Shown here one piece after another: positions 11,263-24,374 of a stretch of DNA of 64,000 nucleotides (position 1 is the stretch's first letter; each line of letters begins with the position of its first letter). The stretch is from Fimicolochytrium jonesii (lineage: Eukaryota). Under the pieces are notes generated by a model. That model ran no database searches and had not been told where the DNA came from. It saw only the letters and a list, made by a program, of their open reading frames with translations. Made by a program: the position numbers and the translations under genes. The DNA is taken from positions 124,001 to 188,000 of the forward strand of contig NW_026515698.1 of the NCBI RefSeq assembly GCF_025526975.1, in the 5' to 3' direction.

Positions 11263-14200
11263 ATGGCGGTTGAGGTGTATACCTTGATCTACGACCGCGT
11301 CGCCGTGGAGACAGAGACACTCGATACCGACCCCGCCTCGTCCCTGATCACAACACTCCCAGCCTTCCTGAAAGCCTGCCGCGAACGCGGCGGGGGCAAA
11401 GACATGGACAGGCTCATCTCCCGTCTGATCGAGTTGCTGAACGCGTCGGAGGTCTGTTTCATCTGCATGGACGAAAAAGTCGGCGTCGCGTTCGGGTGTG
11501 CGCATGGGACGTGTAAAGGGTGTGCGGAGAAGGTTGGCGATATGTGTCCTTTTTGTAGGGGTGAGATTGGACAGAGAGTGGATATTGCGGAGGTTGGGGA
11601 TGGGTGGAGGGATGTTGTTGCTGCTGCTGGTGGTGCTGGGAAGAAGGAGGATGATACGCGTGGGCAGGAAGCGGCTGGTAGTGGGATCGTTGACCGGGAC
11701 TGAGATCTTGCCTTGGAAGACAACTGGGCTGCCGAAACCGTCGGCGGGCCCCGCGGCGGCAAGACCCAACGCTTCCGGAAATTCATGATCGACCGCGTGG
11801 AGCCGGAGAGGGTGCGTGAGATGGCGGATCCGGAGGAGAAGGGGTTTTGGAAGAGTTTGCTGAGGTGTTCGCATGTTGCAGAGGGGAGGAAGAGGCGTTT
11901 CAAGGGGGCGCAGGTCTTTGGTATGTTATGTGACAAAGTACTTGTGGATGAGGGAGCTCCTCGACTCATGTTTCTGATATCCACAGCACATATCGTCCGC
12001 GACAATGACTTTACCAGCGCCGACACCTTCGACCCCAAGAACATTCGTGCGAACCGCAGACGCCGCGGCCTTTCGCCCATAATGCAGAGGCGGACGCAAG
12101 GAATCCGGTCCCTGTCTCCGCCCCCAAGGCGACGACTGAGCACTCACTCGCGGTCAATAAGCCGGTCATTTTCACGTTCGCGTTCGCGATCTTTGCCACG
12201 CACAAGTCGTTCAGTGTCCCCCAAGACCCGGTCGCTTTCCCCGACGCAAAGAATGCGCTCTCGTTCCCCGTCGCCAGCTCATTCCAAGCGTAGTTGGTCC
12301 CCCTCACCGGCGCAGGAGACAGGTACCCGTGAGCGATCGCCGGGACATCTGGGATACACATCAGAAATGAAACGTTGCAAATCCACTGCAGCCACAGAAG
12401 GTGACGTCCCGACCATCACCGACCCAACACCCGAAGCGGCGGCCACCCCAGCCGCACCATCCCCCACCCCCGCCCCCAAACCCTACCCCAACTTCAACGA
12501 ACCCTTCCTTGCCGCCAAACTCGCCCACGCCCAACACCTCGGCCTCGTCTCCCCCTGCGGCACCCGCATTAAAACCCCGGCCCTAATCCACACCCTCACC
12601 ACTCGCGAGCCTCCGTGCCAATCCGGGGCTGTGTTACCGGTACCTCCGACTTGTTGCGTGCCATGTACGTGAGGGGGAACGGATGGCGGTTTGAAAGAGT
12701 GAGGTTGAAGGGATGGTGGGGAAGTTGGGGGTTAGGCAGTGCTTTGATTTGAGGCATGTTTTTGGGAGGTGTGTTGAAGCTGCTGAGAGGGGTGGGAGGG
12801 GGGTTCTCGATATGGAGGGGTTGGGGGAGATTTTGAGGAGTGAGGTTGATGGGGACGCTGTTGCTACCACTACGACGGCGGCCAGTGGAGAACCAACCGG
12901 TTCTTCGTTTCAGCCTGCAGAAGACATGAGGCGCGTCTTCCTCACACGAACAGGCACATTCTTCACCGCCGGCCCACAACTCAAAAAGGCCGCTCCCAAA
13001 CCTCCCCTCGTCCCACTCCACCAACTCCACCGCGCGCGCCAACCCCCCCGCTCCCGCAACGCCCGGTCCCGCCGCAAACCCCTGGACCCGGCCACCCCTT
13101 GCCCCACCCCCACCTACACCCGTCGACCTTGCCAAACTCTCCCACCTCTTCCTCAGCAGCGTCACACCATGTCTCGCGGTCTCACGCGTGACGTTGAATG
13201 CGTTGGACGCTGCGTTGGGGAAGAGGTTGCCGAAGGGTGATGAGATGTTTGCCGGGGTGGTGTTGGAGGATGATACGGAGTTTGTGAGGGGTGGTGTACT
13301 TGGGAAAGGGTATAGGTTGTTGCCGAGGAGGTGAGACGCCCAACGTAAGTCGTGTCTGTCACATCTGCTTTCCCACGCACAACCTGATGATATTCATCCT
13401 ACGGTTTTTATGATCCAATAGGTCCCCCAAATGGGCGCTAGAACACATCTTCTCCCGCGGCGACTACATCCCCCTCCCCCCCGACGCACCAACTGCTCCT
13501 CCACACCTACTGGAAAGACTCACCCACCCTCGGCCCCACCGACCTCGAGCTGTCCGTCTCTTTGCCCTCGACTCCTCACTCACCCGCTTACGTGACCCCG
13601 ACACCAGTGCTCGTTCCGCCTCATCAACGCGTTGGGTGGGAAGATGACCCCATTCGGGGGATATTACGGGGGCGCCGAGGGGGGGCGGCGGAGTATGTCC
13701 GGTCTAGCGTGGAAGATACCCGAAAGCAGCAGCCACGTGCCAGGTATTTGGTGGTTACGCTGCTGAGTTATAATAATGTGGAGTTTGAGAAGTTGGATGA
13801 GGCGCTTGTGGGGCGTTGGTGTCGTTCCCGGTGTCGGGGATGAGGTGCCTGTCAACCCTGGAGTGTGACGATGGGGGTGTGTGCGATCAGGGGGAGGAAT
13901 AAACTCAACCTCGCCGCGGTGGTCGATCTCGGGATCTCCGACTCCCCCTCCACCACAGCATCAACACATCAACAACAAGGAGCGGAGTTCCCGACACCGA
14001 CGCATCCGGGCGTGTATTTGATCGCCACCAACTCCACCGCGACGTCGGCGCACGCGACGTACGAGCGGGTGGGACCTCGTGAGGGATGTACGGGCGTGCA
14101 TGCAGTGGCGGAGGTGGAGTGCCCCGGGCAGTTGTGAGAGTGTGCTTGCGGGTGGGGAGGGCTGCTGTGCGGCGGAGTGTTGCGGTTGAGAAACAGACCG

Positions 14201-14584
14201 ACACCGAGACGGATGGAGGGATGGATGTCGACATGCTTGCTCCCATGACCACGGCGCCCCGCAACGGACGACGCGACACAGTGGGACGCGCACACTGGAC
14301 CCTCCGCCGCCGCGATGGACATCGACACCCCCCCGAAATCCAACCCGAACCCCGCCGCCGAACCACAACCATCCGAACACATCTACGAACGCCTCCCCGC
14401 CCGAATCACCCCCAGGATTTCATCGAGCGTGTCATGCGGTCCTCCGGTTCATCTTGTTTCCCCAACCCGTTCTACCGGCAGCGGAGAAGATATGCCGGTT
14501 GCGCGTGTGCGGGATCTAGCGGAGTATGTCATCCCGGGCGGCGAGGTAGAGCGGGGTGGGAAGTGGGTGGAGGGTTGTCTTTGA
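11263..14584 (+). pseudogene. Disrupted RING-HC + helical region + TerD-like domain gene (architecture like the bacterial MXAN_6230/SCO0854, Prok-RING_4/TerD proteins)
   Basis: RING CFIC-x10-CAHGTCKGC-x7-CPFC. In-frame TGA at 11701 and 12692. Frameshifts near 12600, about 13100 and 13560-13690. Stitched frames read 'LRANPGLCYRYLRLV', 'RRVFLTRTG', 'FSRGDYIPL..LLLHTYWKDS..TDLELSV', 'HSGDITGAP..GAAEYV' and 'ARYLVVTLLSYNNVEFEKLDEALVG'. Introns at 11921-11986 and about 13344-13421. Confidence 0.65.
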
Positions 14585-15159
14585 GTAAGAGTGGTTGTGA
14601 GAGCATTTTTTATTTTTTTTGGCGTATGGATAGTCTTCCTTTTCAATGCATTGATCAGTTCGCACCATAACCATGAAACAAACCGGGCATGATCCGATGC
14701 CGTTGTAGCTCGTGCGAGTGGGTAGGGGAGCTGTGACAAAATGTGGTATGCATTTTGAAAGGTATGATTTACCTCTCCTGTGGACTGCACAGCACAGTGA
14801 TGCGGGAGATGGGTGGGTTGTACTGTACTGTACGTTGTGCATATTGGGGACGGTGACGGCAACGTGGCCCCGGCATATCTCTGTGCGCGTTATTCTCACT
14901 GGGTTCCATATCTTCGATGCTTTCGATGCTTTGTGGATTTCATTCACGACCCACCCAAATCCCCAATCTACAGCCATGACTACCTCGTAGCCGCTCCACT
15001 CCCCGTGTCTATCTCGCACCCACGTTCGCCTCATCTTCGCCCCCCGCTCTCGCGGCCCGCTCTATCTCCACCTTCCCTCGTACATCTCATCACTCCCCCA
15101 TTGGCATCCCGCATCCCCGTCCTTTTCCCATCGCTACGATCCGAAGCTACGATTATTTT

Positions 15160-15959
15160 TCATCGCTCGGCAGAACTCGGCCGCGACTCAGCGAGCTGCG
15201 CTATCTTGCCCGCCACGTCGTCCTTGGACAGGTTCTCGAGGCTGATTTTGCGTTCGAGGCCGTATGCTGGAACGGGGAAAGATGGATGAGTGGAATGTGA
15301 GAAGGATGAGATGGGACGATGAGGCCGGCGACGAGGATGCTGGGCTGGCTCGCTTCGCGAAAAGAAGTCGGAGCATCACCCCCGGGCTCCGACGCTCGAC
15401 GCTCGGGAGGCCCTGGGGGGAACTAGAGCCGACCGAGCCCACCCAACACCCGCGAATGCTCCCTGGCCCTTCCGCCGGCCAAAAACCGCAAATGGTCGCC
15501 GCCGCTCTGACATGACTAATACCTCCCTCCCCCCCGATTTACCCCATTCCCCGTTTCCCAACCCCCCCTCACAACTCTTCGTCAAAAAAACAGCAAACGC
15601 ACCATATCGTCCAAACACCCGTGCCTCGACACCCGCAGCCTCACGCACGAGGATGGGAAAGTGCGGGTTGGCGTCTTTGATCGCGGCGTACTCGGAGAGG
15701 ATAAATTCCCTAAAGAACATATTCCCATTTTTAGTCACAGACCCGAGAGAGAGAGAGAGAGCAGGGAGAGCGACGGCGATGCCATTCGGCGGTTCACGGC
15801 ACTCCCAGTGAATGAAACTCCAAGCTGGGGGGCAAACATGCAGGGACGGAATGAGAGAGGGTGGACGCACCTTGTTCCCTTGCTCCCGGGCGACGTCTGG
15901 CACAGGTGGATGCGCAGTTCCTTGAGGTTTTTGGACAGTTGTTGGCGCAGTGGGGACAT
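15160..15959 (-). CDS. NDUFA2: NADH:ubiquinone oxidoreductase subunit B8 / NDUFA2 (L51/S25/CI-B8 domain)
   Basis: Exons 15959-15871, 15709-15603 and 15266-15160 give MSPLRQQLSKNLKELRIHLCQTSPGSKGTREFILSEYAAIKDANPHFPILVREAAGVEARVFGRYAYGLERKISLENLSKDDVAGKIAQL... Confidence 0.93.
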
Positions 15960-16097
15960 GTTTGGGGGGTGGGGTTTGGGTTTGGGTTTGTTATGTGTGG
16001 GGAGGATTGGCGTTGGCGGGGGGGGGGGGGGGGGGGGGGTTCGGGCAGAGAGAGGGTGGAGCTTGTTGTTGGCACTTTGAGGGGGCGTTTGGAGGGG

Positions 16098-16159
16098 CTG
16101 ATTAGTCTGAGGGCATTCTGATTAGATTCCGTCGATCGCCTCGCGCGCCGTCTGATTAG
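16098..16159. promoter_or_regulatory. Three CTGATTAG motifs (CCAAT/Y-box-like variant) in the NDUFA2/GH5 divergent promoter
   Basis: Exact 8-mer at 16098, 16118 and 16152 within a 366-bp head-to-head gap. Function is inferred only. Confidence 0.45.
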
Positions 16160-16325
16160 GCGCGCTAAAGGAACGGGCGCAAGGGCGAGGGGCAAGGTCT
16201 TAATCGTGCGACTTGCATAGTTACTGTAGGCGGTGGGAACATCTCGCTCCATCTTGCTGCTCATCCGCTCCCCACTCTCCCCACTCTCCCCATCCTCGTC
16301 CTCGTCGTCCGTCTGGCTCCCACAA

Positions 16326-18292
16326 ATGCCATCTTCCCCCCCGCCCGAACAGTCCCCTTCACAACCACCACCACCCCCGCCGCTCGCGAAAATACACAAA
16401 GTCGACACCAGAACTTCTCACTTGCTGGACACGCACGGCCGCACCCGTTTCTTTCACGGCGTTAACGTGGTGTTCAAGAGGGAGCCTTGGTATCCACCGA
16501 CGGAGGAGTTCGACCCGGTGACATCGTTTTGTGATGAGGTACGGATCGGTTGACAAACGGAGTTTGGAGGAGGAGAGGGAGAGGGGGTGCAGGGATGCTT
16601 GAGGAATGGCGAGCGATAGTGGGGAGCAGGGTCGCAGGGTCCGCAGGGAGTGCGGACAGCTTCGCGAGCGCGAGCGAGACCCGTTGTCGGTGAGCTTCGC
16701 CCACTCAACCCAACATCCTTATGGCGCCGGAAGATATCGATTGCGGACATGTCATCTTTAACCAGGTCAATGGTTCTGATCCGCATGGTTCCCCATATGG
16801 TGCACAGGACATACGAATCCTAGCCTCCCTGAACCTCAACTGCATCCGTCTTGGCGTGCACTGGGCCGGCGTCGAGCCCACCCGGGGCGCCTACTCCACG
16901 GCCTATCTCTCCGCAATCCGGCACATCATCCAGCGATGCGCGACGCTTGGCATCTACGTTCTGCTCGAATTCCACCAGGACGTGTTGCATCCTCGCTGGG
17001 GCGGGCACGGTGTCCCCGACTGGGTCGCGGATGCGTGTGGTGGGGCACCTGGTGCGACGTTGGCGGGATTCAAGGTGCCGTGGTATTTGGTGTACTTCAA
17101 GTATGCTGTTGCGGACGCTTTTGGCAAATGTAGGTTACCTCCACCGTCTCACCTTGATGTCTTTTGGTTCCGACTGGACCGACCGCGTCTCCTGGGTAGT
17201 GTACGCCAACCACGACGGCCTCCTGGATGCATTCGCGGCGTACTGGAAACGCGTCGTTGAGGAGTACAGAGACGAGCCGAACGTTATTGGGTACGAGATC
17301 ATGAACGAGCCATGGTAGGTTTGGGGTTGTAGGAGGGGAAGGATGCGGATGTGTGTGGGAGAGTACCGGTCTCATGCAACGATCCCCATTTCACACACAA
17401 CCACACCCCTCCCTTCCCCTCCCCAAGGCCCGGCAACCACTACAAAAACCCCCTCCTCCTCCTCCCCAACCACGCCAGCTCCACAACCCTGCACAAAATG
17501 CACACCCACGTCGCCCTCTCAATCCGCTCCACAACCCCCTCCGCCCTCCTCTTCTTCGAAGACGCAACCTGGGACACCGCCTCCCGCGCCCCCTTCGTCC
17601 CCGGCGGCGCAGAATTCGCCGACCGCTCCGTGCTCGCCTACCATTACTACCAGCCCCCGCAACGCGCCGGAATCAACACCTACCTCCAAAACAGGAAACG
17701 GGACGCGAAACGGTTAGGCTGTGGGCTGTTCATGACCGAGTGGGAGATGTGGGTGGGCGATACCGATCTCCCCACCACGAGCTCGGCTCCACTCCACCCC
17801 CGCATCCAGAAGATGTACGAAACCGCCGAAGCGGCCGACACGCACCTCCAGTCCTGGCTCGGGTGGTCGTACAAATCCTTCGCGCAGGGTGCGGATTCCG
17901 CGGACGGCAGTCTGTTCACACGCACTGGCGCGCGACGCCCGGAGATCGAATCGCTGTGGAGCCGGCCGTATGCGAGTGCGGTGGCCGGGCGCGTCCACAG
18001 CATGCGGTTCGATTGCGCCCGCGGGGTGTTTGAGTTGTGCTACCGGCCGCGATGGCGTGGGGACGACGCGGGGGATGATCAGGCGTACGAGACGGTGATT
18101 GCGCTGACGCGCGCGACGCATTACCCGACGGGGTTTAGGGTGGCGGTTTGGCCGGAGGGCGCGCCGGTGAGGTGGGTGGAGCGGGTTTTGGAGGCGGGGA
18201 ATTCGGTGGTGGTCTTGACGCCGGGTGCTGGGGTGGGGATGGGAGGTGGGGAGCTCGTGTCTGTTCGAGTGGAGAGGGTGGAGGCGGAGTAG
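16326..18292 (+). CDS. Glycoside hydrolase family 5, endoglycoceramidase-like, with C-terminal GH5_C beta domain
   Basis: 'LLDTHGRTRFFHGVNVVFK', 'IRLGVHWAGVEP', 'VLLEFHQD', acid/base 'GYEIMNEPW', 'HYY', nucleophile 'LFMTEW' and 'SRPYASAVAG'. Introns 16539-16807, 17129-17199 and about 17316-17427. Confidence 0.9.
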
Positions 18293-20771
18293 GGGGAGAA
18301 GTAGTGCGAGGGTCGGGGGGACGGGTTCAGCCGGGCGGCGTATGTGTGGACTTTTTTCTTTCAGCCCATGTGGACGGTTCAAGAGAGATCCCAGGACTTC
18401 AATTCCAATAAATCAGGGAAGAGAAGCAAGCTCCTATTCGGACTGCAGAATCCCTTGTGTGTTTGACGAGCGACGGTATCTGAGCCGTTCGCTCTCTCAA
18501 AGGACTTGGGCGGAACGAACAAACCCACGTAGTAAAGAAGAGCGACGGTCGCGCCAGACATCTCGATGAAGTGGGTTCGCTCCCGTGGTCATGAATAACG
18601 AAAGGAGGGATGCTCTTTTTCGCAGCCGCAATAAGATTTGGATGGGGACTTTCTCGACGTGCAGCGGTTGCGGCATAGATGTTCGAGGCACACGCCGTAT
18701 CTTTTAAAACGGCATCTGCATGTCGTTTTAGCGTAGGCTTGCAGCGGCAGGAGGACATGGGCGGCCCGAGCGCTTTCGCCGCTTGCACGAGGGGTATACT
18801 CTGAAGTGCTTCGGGAGCTGGGAAACTTCCGTCCCTCCTCTGTACAGTGATGGGGATCGGGATAGACTGGATAAACAAATGACGGAGAGCACCTTTTGAG
18901 CGGGAGGTATTGGGCTTTCGTTCTTTCGGCTGGACGTGTTCGGCTGGAAGCGATGCTCTGTCGTGGCGTGAGTGGGGGTTGTCGATATCTGTCACTGTTC
19001 CCTCCGAGCTGTCAGTTTTCCATGCTTCACTTCGGACAGACACAACCAAGCACACCGGCCTTCCGCGGGGGGACGGGAACCTTTGTAGCAGTGGTTGACT
19101 GCAACGCTCTCTGAGCCACGCAACGCATGGGCGCTTCCTACCGTCCGCCGTTCGTTTTGTCTCACAACGGTTGTGCGCGAAATACAGTACCAAAGAGAGC
19201 ACACCCGCGAGACACGAAATTCGGACACGATCGGAGGACGCGTGAGCTCACAGCTTTCTCCTCATGCTTGCCGTCCTGTTTCTGGTGCATACTCGCTGCA
19301 CAACTGAACCAAGGTTTCTCCGGGGCACTTTGTCTGTAGCATACCGCTCAACGACAGATGTTTGCTCCAGGGCTCTCGTGGCGGGTGTGGGGCTTCCTCG
19401 CAAGTGCATGTTTCGCATCCATCGGATATGTTCAGTGTCAGCAGTCCCCAACACTTGTTGCGATGTACACCCAGAATGATCACATCAATTCGCTTATAGC
19501 GCACGATGACCGCCTCTACGTCGCCCGCACCGTGCTTTCAGAATGGGACACCAAAGCACATCGCCACCTGAGGGACCTGAAATGTCTTTCGCATGATTCC
19601 TTCATCGGAGGACCGTTACAGGCCGGGAACGGTTACGCAGATTGGACCTCAACGATGGCTCACTGTGCGAGCTTGGACTCCGCTTACGATCCCCGCGTGG
19701 TGACCCCGCCACCTGCTTACGCACTGGTGTCCCCGGTATTGCCCTACTTTCGGGTGACGTCGAGCATCTTATGAGCATCCACCAAAAAAAAAGGAAGGAA
19801 ATCTGATGCAATGTTGGCCTTGGCTACAAAAGTGAACGTGCCATGCAGGAGCACTGGGGGGGAAGCTTAAGCGCGATGTCGTGAACTATCTGGCATTCCC
19901 ACATTTCTGATGAAACGCGAACGCGTTCGTCTGTGCTGTCATCAAAACTGTCCAAATTGCGGAGTTAGTCCATACAAAGTCTATTGTCCATCGTGGCCCA
20001 GTTGACACGATGTGTAGAGGAGTAAGGCCTCGAACGTGTGTGATTTCCTGCAGCTGCTCTATCATATCGGCAGACGAAGGTCCGGTTATTGTGAGGAACG
20101 TGAGGCCCAGCTCAGCAAACGATCATAACCCTAAGTCAACATCAAGGGTATGATTGGACCCCACATTGAAATACTGTTTCCAGGTTATCAACATGCAATG
20201 CCTGGTTGTCTAGAAGCTGCACGGTACATGTGACTCTGCCCCCGGGGGTTTTCAAAATAGACTGCTCGTACCCAAGAAAGGCGATGCACAGGCATGGTCG
20301 GGACCGGGTTTGAGCCCCATCAGAAAATAGCGTTGTGCCTTGTTTTCGCGCTGTGTGCCAGATGGACCACAAACGATATTGAATGTGGACAACGAGTAAC
20401 GTCTTAGGATATCAAGGGGCGGGATATCCCATAATGGAAATTCCGGCATCCAACCTGGACAGTATATCGGTTTCGATCTATACTATACTCTGACTTGGAT
20501 CAATCATGCATTGTTCGTCACCATTACCTAATGTTTACTGGTCCCGTCAACGTCCAGTCATTTCACCTCCGGTATCGGGACTTTTCCACGTTCGGTGAAT
20601 ATGAAGTCAGAATTTCCAAGCAGGCCAATCCTGCTGCTCCCAGATTTGCTTTCACGTTTTCAAACCGCTTTCAGGGTTTCCGCATACGACGGCTGTCTTT
20701 CTGGCTCAAACCACTTTTCTCCTGTGTATTCCTTCCAATGTTCATCAGTATTCCTGCCACTGCTACGAATA

Positions 20772-23700
20772 ATGCGGCTGCCCCCGGTCTTCGCTGCACT
20801 ATGCTTGCCATCCGCTTGTACATCAATCCTTAGCAGCAGTCTAGAATCAGGATATCCAGCATCAAATGCTGACTCAACGCGCCACCTTCACGTTCGGGGC
20901 ACATCTGAGACGACGATCGACCCCACATCGCTTATACAGTTGAAATTGGGCTTTGCCTGGGCGTTAGGGAAGTCCAGGCTCAATAAAGCTGCGGCGAATA
21001 TTGTAAGCACGGCAGTGGGGTAAGAACAGCATCACGTTGTATGGACAGCTATCTTGTTATCCATCACTTCTGTTGTTCCTGTTTGGTCCTTAGCTTAATC
21101 AACTCTCGGGATGACATCCTTCCGGGCATTCGCATCGAACTTGTTGTCATGGACTCTTGGGTTCAGGGTGCAACTGCTTATAGTGAGACACAAGGTCAAG
21201 CCATCAATGCCAGTTATCAACTAGCTACCCAGAAAGTGTTTGCCATCGTTGGGGGTCCGTGTCGCACGTCGATCTTTCGGTCTTGCTCGCATCGCCGTCA
21301 TACTCAAACAAAATGACTTTGATAGATACCGCAACCGAAACATCTACCTACGGAGCACTAGTCAGTGCTGGGTTAGTATGCCCGCTTCAACATCTAATTG
21401 GTCAAGTCCCTCGACTCATTCATACGCTTTAATTCACAGCTACAAAATTCCGCAATGCGTGCCTGAAGCCGGAGGCGATGACCTATCCAACAAATTCAAG
21501 TACCCGTAAGCTTTTCTCCGCTATGAAGGACATGACTTGTGGTTCGCTTCCTTCAAGCGACTTAATACTCACATTGGTCAGGAACACTATCCGGATGATC
21601 CAACCAAATTACGTGATTGGAGTGAAATTGCTAAATTTCGTTGCATATTTGGGCTGGAAAAAGGTGGCTATCCTCTATAGGTATGGTGTGCTCTCGCCAT
21701 CTGAACTTTAGCACACCACAATTTCATCCCCCAATCTGAACACTCCAGCGCAGAAGAGTACGGGGCATCTTACAAAAGTTCGTTTCTGGACGGTGCACGA
21801 AACAACGGCATCAAAGTTCTTATTGAACAATCTTATAACGAGTTTGGCGCATCCTCGGATTTTGTGGAGCCGATGAAGAATGTTGCGGCAACAGGCGCTC
21901 GCATTTTTGTTGTTGCTGGTACGTCGGAACGTCTTAGCGTTAACGCCTCCGCGATATCAACAATAGATGTTTGCTTTTCAAGGCCACGTGCCAGATATAA
22001 CCGCTTTGTACATCGGTGCAGCCAGTCAAAATCTAACTGGCCCCGATTTCGTGTGGATCACTACCGATGGTAGATTTGCAGATGTTCGAGCCTGCATTTG
22101 ATTAAACATGTCTAACGGATCAATGCGGATATCTAGGCATCAATGATAGCCCAGATTCTGGGATAAGTCCGAATGTGTATGAGGTTCTCGGGGAGGAAGC
22201 TGCACGCGCAGCTGCAGTCTATGGGATATATCAAGATAGGGCAAACACATCGACGCCTGAATGGGAGGAATATGAGCGATATTACACCGACCATTACACG
22301 GATACTTATTACAAGCAGTGGTCGTAAGTCTACCGGTTGTGAAGAGTAAATGACGTGGGCATTGCTCACAGGTTGGATTGTTAGAAACGAGTACGATTGC
22401 GTTTGGGCTTTGGCTTGGGGATTCGACCAGGTACTTTCGACTAAGCTTCTTGAGACGAGACACTCACCGTAATCACACCGTGGAAGTACTTGAAGCAGTT
22501 TGATCTCTCGCCTGCTGTTCTTTTGTCCCCAAACTATCTAGCTGCCGATATGGCTGGCTTTACGAATATCAGCATATTCAATACGAGCAAGCGCGCTGTC
22601 GCAGGACCATTATTATTTGATGTGCACGGCGACTACATGTTCGAAACTGGTAAGGCAAAATTACGACGGATCGACGATGTGTTTCAATAGTCAACATTTT
22701 GATGGATGCAATATAAACCATTACTCCCTTTGATTGTTTCCCTCTGATTGGCAGATGTGATTGAGGTTCAGCACAACTTCACATCGTTCCGTGTCGCGAA
22801 AGTCAATGGACAAGGCCAGCCCCATGTTACGGCCTCTTTGATCTTTGCTGGTGGCAGGACCACGATCCCGTTCGATTTCGCGCAAAGCCTTCCCGTAAAT
22901 CCATCGTGGGGTTCCCCTGACGCCATCCCGTTTGCTGTGGTCTCTAGCATTCTGATGCTGTTTGCCATCCTGTCCATTGTCATTGTCATCAAGTTTCGCA
23001 ACGAGCCCGTCATCAAGCGCGCCAGTTGGAAATCGCTAGTTCTCATCGCGCTAGGCACGTGCATCGCAGATGCTTCACCGTTTCTGTATATCGGAATCCC
23101 AAGCGCTGCTACGTGCATCGCACAACCATTCATATTGACGGTGTCATTTGGGCTTGCCTTTTCCAACCTGCTGGCCAAAACGTGGCGAGTATACAAGGTA
23201 AGCAAATGATTGAGCGGAGCCCGTAATTCATACCGAATTCTTCTTTCTGTAACCGCCAAATCGCCCCCCTCCCCCTTGTGTCTATCAGATCTTCAATAAT
23301 GCCAAGTTGATGGAAATGGTCATCAAAGACGCCCGATTGCTCTCTTTCGCTGCGGGGTGAGTTCCTTTCTGTGATTGCATTCGGCAAAGTCCGTGTTATG
23401 ACCATTCTATGACCATACTACAGAGTGGTGCTCGTCGAGCTCACGATCTGCATTGTCTGGGTGGCATACGACCCGCCAAGGCCGACTGTGCTCTCTTACA
23501 CCGAAACTCAACACATGATCGTCTGCCAATCTGTCAATTCCACATTTCAGGTCGCCATGACCCTGATAAGCATGGCATTCAACGGTGCTCTTCTCGCTTT
23601 GACTACGATCCTTTCGTACCAGACCCGCAACGTGGCGTCGGCCTACAGGGAGACGCAGTGGATTGGTGTGTCCGTTTACAATATTGTTGCTGTGTGCGCT

Positions 23701-24374
23701 CTATTTCTGCCATTGATTTACAGCCAGGTGCGTAGTACGATCCCCGTTTTGATCGTTTCGCTCGATCCTCCTACTCGATAAAATCTGCCATTAAGACCTG
23801 ACATCTCCGAACACGCATCTTCCAGGATTTTGCTAGTAAATCCTTCGATTTCCGAAGTTTGTCTACTATTATCGCCAGCGGGGTGATGCAAATCTGCCTC
23901 TTTGCACCAAAGTTTGTCCGACTCTTTGAGCCCGGGGGCAGTCAAAGTCTGACGGATTTCAGCGACATTTTAGCGAGCGCAACGGAGGGTCGAAAGACCA
24001 CATTGGAGCGTGCGAAACCCGAAAGACACCAGCTAGTCCGCCCTCAAGCGGTGCACTTAAAACGAGTTCCGATCCTTGAACATTCCCCCGGTCGCCTCTT
24101 TAGTCTCACCACTTTCTTTTTTGCCAGATGGAAGATGGCCAACCTCGTCATTGTGCCAGGCTACATATGGATTGACTTTGTCATCGCGAAGGGGCAGAGG
24201 CCTCGGTTCAAGATGTTCCGCACGGACAAGATCTTGGTGCATCTTGGCGAGCAGGAAGAGGGAGGAATGACTGTAAGCATCATTACCTCCGACGGCATGT
24301 TGGATTTGGTTGTTGAGCCCGATGTTGGGAGAGAGTTGCAGCTGCTGCTGGCTGGGATGGAGATTGATAGTTAG
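20772..24374 (+). CDS. Class C (GABA-B/metabotropic-like) GPCR: signal peptide, ANF-receptor/Venus-flytrap domain and 7TM_3; many short introns
   Basis: Extracellular segments 'INSRDDILPGIRIELVVMDS', 'VFAIVG', 'YKIPQC..DLSNKFKYP' and 'LGWKKVAILY'. 7TM segments 'FRNEPVIKRASW', 'SFGLAFSNLLAKTWRVYKIFN', 'LSYQTRNVASAYRETQWIGVSVYNI' and 'LFAPKF'. Confidence 0.88.

Noticed and set aside
11701..11703. In-frame TGA (also 12692 and 26362) as recoding, selenocysteine or an alternative genetic code
   Set aside because: The same loci carry frameshifts and normal genes here end in TGA; decay (TGG or CGA to TGA) is simpler.
19358..19774. WD-repeat-like fragment 'HINSLIAHDDRLYVA...SEWD'
   Set aside because: Too short and isolated to call; may be gene debris.
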